Below, piece after piece: positions 58,940 through 64,000 of a DNA stretch of 64,000 nt. Both the position numbers and the translations under genes were made by a program. The notes beneath the pieces were generated by a model. That model saw only the letters and a program-made list of their open reading frames with translations. It was not told the origin of the DNA and made no database searches. Positions within the stretch are counted from its first letter, which is position 1; every line of letters begins with the position of its first letter. This stretch comes from Centroscyllium fabricii (lineage: Eukaryota), in assembly GCA_051313645.2 (NCBI GenBank), contig JBNRSN020000086.1, positions 1,922,001 through 1,986,000 of the forward strand, read 5' to 3'.

Positions 58940-61900
58940 ACGGTGTGACCATGAGTGAGGCAGGTAGTGGGAACCAGGAGGTAGTGTTGGAGGAGCCGCA
59001 GCCCCTGCTCCTGTCCAACAGGTTCGAGGTTCTTACTCCCTGTGGTGACAGGAGCAGGGACTGCAGGGAGGATGAGCAACCTGGCCACAGCACCGTGGAA
59101 CGGGGGGCCATTCAAGAGGGGGGAATAAGTAGAAACGTTGTAGTGGATAGTATTATTAGGGGGATAGATAGAGTTCTCTGCAGCCGAGAGCGAGAGTCCC
59201 GAAGGCTGTGTTGCCTACCCAGTGCCAAGGTTAAGGACATCTCCTCTGGGCTGGAAAGAAACTTGCAGTGGGAGGGGGTGGATCCAGTTGTTGTGGTCCA
59301 TGTTGGAATAAACGACGTAGATAGGACTAGGAAAGAGGTTCTGTTAAAGGAGTATGAGTAGTTAGGGTTAAATTAAAAAACAGAACCTCAAGGGTAATAA
59401 TCTCTGGATTACTACCTGAGCCACAAGCAAATTTGGCAAGGACAAATAAAATTAGAGAGTTGAATGCGTGGCTCAAAGACTGGTGTGGGAGAAATGGGTT
59501 TTGCTTCCTGGGACACTGGCACCAGTACTGGGGCAGGAGGGAGCTGTACCGTTGGGACGGGCTCCACTTGGCCAGTGCTGGGACTACAGTCCTGGCGAAT
59601 CATATGTAACCCTTTCACGGTTCTTTAGATATATGTGAGATGTGGTCTCTGTTATATGCAGTATTCTATAGTCCAGTAAGGAGGTCACTTACTACAATGG
59701 CTTAATTCTAATTATCTTACTTTATAGTTTTAACATCAAACAGTATAAGAAGATTACAGGTCAATGAACTAAATTAGACATTTGTGTACATTGGAATGAA
59801 TCTAGACATAATAAACATACATTCCCCATTTACATGGATTCAAAGGAGAATCTGTCCCTGTGTCCAAATTTGAGTGCACTCTAGAATTTGTTCAATTAAC
59901 ACAACCTGTATCAGGCCTCTTTCGTTGGCGCGCTTAAGTTGGAGCTCATGGTATGTATAATGTCTGCAAGACTTATGACTCCGAACCCCTTCGTTGAATT
60001 CTCTTCACGATCACTGGATCCCACTTTGAGTTCTGGATGCAGAGCACACATCAGCAGCTGGAGTTGGTGACTCTCTCTCGCACGACGATCCCCCGGTACT
60101 GGTGACTTGCAGCCGGCCAGTTCAGGATGCAGTGCTACTAATAAGAAGGGCGGCGACCGAGTTTGGAAGCCCGGGACAGGATGCAGCAGCCATTTGCCTC
60201 CTGAACCCTCTTCAGAGCTCCTGTCCTCTCCTCTTCCAGTCTGTGTCTCCAGCTCTGGCCGTTGTCTCTCCGCCCCCAAAATGTAACCCCGAGGGTCACA
60301 TGGGGCCTGTTTTTCCCGCCGAAACAGGTCAGCTGTCCTAGGGTTGCTGCTGGAGACTGCAACAGTTGCACATTGTGTTCTTAAAAGTTCTTGCTGTACT
60401 TTCACATTGGCAACTTTAACCCAGGGATTTATAGCAATGATAATAGTGTCTAAGTTAAACATTTATAATGTAACATTTTCAGTGGGTATTACATATAACT
60501 AGGGCTGTAGAGAGGGCTATAAACTAACTAGTGTGGGGGGGGAGGTTCCTGGAGAGCAAATAATAAAAATAACAGAGAAGGTCATAGAGTTAGGTAGCAG
60601 TGGGGAAGTTAAAATCCAGAGCGTGTCAGGAAGGGACAGAAGGTATGGAGTAAAAGGTAAAGTAATAAAAAAGGAAAAAGCAGGAACAAAGTGTCACAAA
60701 ACATATTTGAAAGTTCTCTATTTGAATGCACGTAGCATTCGTAACAAAATAGACGAGTTAATGGCAGAAATAACTACATATGGGTATGATCTTGTGGCCA
60801 TTACAGAAACATGGCTGCAGGGTAGCTATGCCTGGGAATTAAACATACCAGGTTATTTAACGATCAGGAAGGACAGGAAGGAAGGGGAGGTGGGGTGGCT
60901 ATGTTAATAAAGGAAGGAATCACTGTAATACAGAGAAATGATATTGGGTCAAAAGATCAGGATAATGAAACAGTTTGGGTGGAGATAAGGAACAATAAGG
61001 GGGAAAAAACACTAGTTGGCGCAGTCGATAGGCCTCCAAACAGTTGCAACTCTGTTGGATGGAGTATCAATCAAGAAATAGTCGAGGCTTGTAATAAGTG
61101 AACATCTATAATTATGGGGGATTTTAACTATCATATAAATTGGACAAATCAAATTGGGCAGGGCTGCCTTGAGGAGGAGTTCATTGAGTGTATTAGGGAT
61201 GGGTTTCTTGAGTAGTATGTAACTGAACCGACCAGGGGGCAAGCAACCTTAGATCTGGTCCTGTGTAATGAGACAGGATTAATTAAAAATGTCCCAGTAA
61301 AGGATCCCCTTGGAATGAGTGACGATAACATGGTTGAATTCCATATTCAATTAGAGAGTGAGAAGGTTGGATCTCAAACAAGCGTGCTAAGCTTGAATAA
61401 AGGAGACTATGAAGGTATGAGAGAGGAATTGATTAGAGTGGATTGGGAAAACAGATTAAAGGGTAAGACGATACACGATCAGTGGTGTACATTTAGAAAG
61501 TTACTTTACAACTTCCAAAAAATATATATTTCACTGAGAAGAAAAGGGTGTAAAAGAAAAGACAGCCATCCGTGGCTAAGCAACAAAATTAAGGATAGTA
61601 TTCGACAAAAAACAAGGGCATATAAGGTAGCCAAAACTAGTGGGAGGATAGATGATTGAGAAAACTTTAAAAGACAGCAAAAACAACAAAAAGATTGATT
61701 AAGAAAGGGAAGATAGATTATGAAAGTAAATTAGCAAAAAATATAAAAACAGATAGTAAGAGTTTCTATAGTTATACAAAAAGAAAAAGTGTGGCTAAAG
61801 TAAATGTTGGTCCCTGAGAGGATGAGACTGGGAAATTAATGGTGGGAAATATGGAGATGGCAAAAACACTAAATGAATATTTTGTATCAGTCTTTACAGT

Positions 61901-63737
61901 AGAGGACACTAAGAATATCCCAACACTGGACAAACAGGGGACTATAGGGGGGGAGGAGCTAAACACGATCAAAATCACTAAGGAAGTGGTACTCGGTAAA
62001 ATAATGGGGCTCAAGGCGGATAAATCACCTGGACCTGATGGCTTGCATCCTAGGGTCTTGAGGGAAGTAGCGGTAGGGATTGTGGATGCATTGGTAATCA
62101 TTTTCCAAAACTCCCTGGTCTCAGCAAAGATCCCGGCAGACTGGAAAACTGCTAATGTAACACCCTTATTTAAAAAGGGCAGTAGACAGAAGGCTGGAAA
62201 CTATAGCCTAACATCTGTCGTGGGTAAAATTTTGGAGTCCATTATTAAGGAGACAGTAATAGGACATTTGGATAAACATAATTTAATAGGACAAAGTCAT
62301 CATGGTTTTATGAAGGGGAAGTCTTGTTTGACAAATTTGTTGGAGTTCTTTGAGGAAGTAACATATAGGGTGGATAAAGGGGAACCCGTGGACATAGTGT
62401 ATTTAGACTTTCAAAAGGCATTTGACAAGGTGCCACACAAAAGATTATTGCTTAAAATAAAAAATCACGGAAGTGGGGGTAATATTCTGGCATGGATAGA
62501 GGATTGGCTATCTAACAGAAGGCAGAGAGTTGGGATAAATGGTTCATTCTCAGACTGGCAATTGGTAACTAATGGTGTTCCGCAGGGGTCAGTGCTGGGT
62601 CCCCAACTCTTTACAATCTATATAAACAATTTGGAGGAGGGGACCGAGTGTAACATATCAAAGTTTGCAGATGATACTAAGATGGGAGGGAAAGTAGTGA
62701 GGGAGGAGGACATAAAAAACCAGCAAGGGGACATAGACAGGCTAAGTAAGTGGGCAGAGATTTGGCAGATGGAATACAATACTGGAAAGTGTGAGGTTAT
62801 GCACTTTGGCAGGAAAAATCATAGAGCAAGTTGTTATCTTAATGGCAAGAAACTGGAACGTACTGTAGTACAAAGGGATCTGGGGGTCCTGGTGCACGAA
62901 ACTCAAAAGGTTAGTATGCAGGTGCAGCAAGTGATTAAGTGATTAAGAAGGCCAATGGAATGTTGGCTTTCATTGCTAGGGGGATAGAATATAAAAATAG
63001 GGAGATATTGCTTCAGTTGTACAAGGTATTGGTGAGACCGTACCTGGAATACTGCATACAGTTTTGGTGTCCATACTTAAGAGAGGACATACTTGCTCTC
63101 GAGTCAGTACAAAGAAGGTTCACTTGGTTAATCCCAGGGATGAGGGGTTGGACATATGAGGAGAGGTTGAGTAGATTGGGACTCTACTCATTGGAGTTCA
63201 GAAGAATGAGGGGCGATCTTATTGAAACATATAAGATTGTGAAGGGGTTGGATCGGGTGGACGCGGGGAGGATGTTCCCAATGATGGGTGAAACTAGAAC
63301 TAGGAGGCATAATCTTAGAATAAGGGGCTGTTCTTTCAAAACTGAGATGAGGAGAAACTACTTCACTCAGAGGGTAGTAGGTCCATGGAACATGCTGCCC
63401 CAAAAATCTGTAGAAGCTACATCATTACATAAATTTAAAACAGAAATAGACAGCTTCCTAGAAGTAAAAGGGAATAAGGGTTACGGGGAGCGGGCATGAA
63501 TTTGGACATGAGTCTAGGTTCAGATCGGTCATGGCCCTGTGGGTAGTGGAGCGGGCCCAGGGACCGTGTAGCCTGATCCTGCTCCTATTTCGTGTGTCTA
63601 ATTCTGTTAGATTCAGGAGATGGTTCTGTGATAGTAGATTGGTGGTTAGGATCAGATCAGCCATGATCTTATTGAATGGCGGAGCAGGCTCGAGGAGCCG
63701 ATTGGCCTACTCCTGCGCCTATTTCTTATGTTCTTAT
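58940..63737 (+). mobile_element. Near-full-length CR1 LINE: ORF1 esterase-like domain + ORF2 (APE-RT), disrupted
   Basis: ORF1 DSIIRG...CCLPSAKV...VHVGIND...DGLHL. ORF2 YLNARS, ITETWL, GDFN, SDDN, QSHHGF, FADDTK. Several stops and frameshifts. 3' tail. Confidence 0.92.
59605..60493. mobile_element. 889-bp TG..CA-bounded insertion in CR1 ORF1 (solo-LTR-like, unclassified)
   Basis: Ends tgtaac...attaca, flanked by TA. Removing it restores the ORF1 frame (aat cat ata act agg). Confidence 0.6.
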
Positions 63738-63849
63738 CCTCTAAAATTCATATTGGAGCTTTACTGAGATGGTGGGAGGAACCCCAATCTCAAAGGAGAT
63801 TTCCTCCAACGATCAGGTTTCTGCCCAGCCACGGTACTGAAACGGCCCT

Positions 63850-64000
63850 TATCAAAGTCACAAGTGACACCCTATGTAACTGCAACCATGGTAAACTATC
63901 CCACCTTGTCCTTCCCGACCTGTCTGCAGCCTTTGACATGGTTGACCACACCATCCTTCTCCAACGCCTCCCCTCCATCGTCCACTTGGGTGATTTTTAT
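63850..64000 (+). mobile_element. L2 LINE RT fragment
   Basis: STETALIKV...LVLPDLSAAFDMVDHTILLQRL. Confidence 0.8.

Overview
Repeat-dense vertebrate genomic DNA, most likely a shark or other elasmobranch: it carries HE1/V-SINEs, SacSINE1-like DeuSINEs, and CR1, L2, RTE and Rex/Babar LINEs. It looks intronic or intergenic. No host protein-coding exon could be recognised, and there is an assembly gap at 35901-36166. Larger elements: (1) a CR1 LINE (7972-20790) with a complete hAT transposon and a complete two-gene Harbinger transposon nested inside it; (2) a very young CsRn1-clade Gypsy element with apparently identical LTRs (49176-53880); (3) a near-full-length CR1 (58940-63737). Also present are seven Tigger-like MITEs, several carrying NRF1/YY1-motif repeats, Penelope-type termini with minimal hammerhead ribozyme motifs, and several minisatellites. 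The strongest unusual signal is a Gypsy pol fragment (about 39580-41600) that is massively and strand-specifically T->C hypermutated, i.e. A->G on the antisense strand. It lies in a SINE-tailed 3.5-kb block flanked by a putative TSD, which suggests a genomic fossil of ADAR-hyper-edited RNA that was retroposed. Two further signals are a second SINE chimera carrying a hAT fragment, and a G-U/A-C-rich long-range inverted repeat in non-repetitive-looking DNA (54596-54669 / 57964-58039). Coordinates of decayed repeats are approximate.
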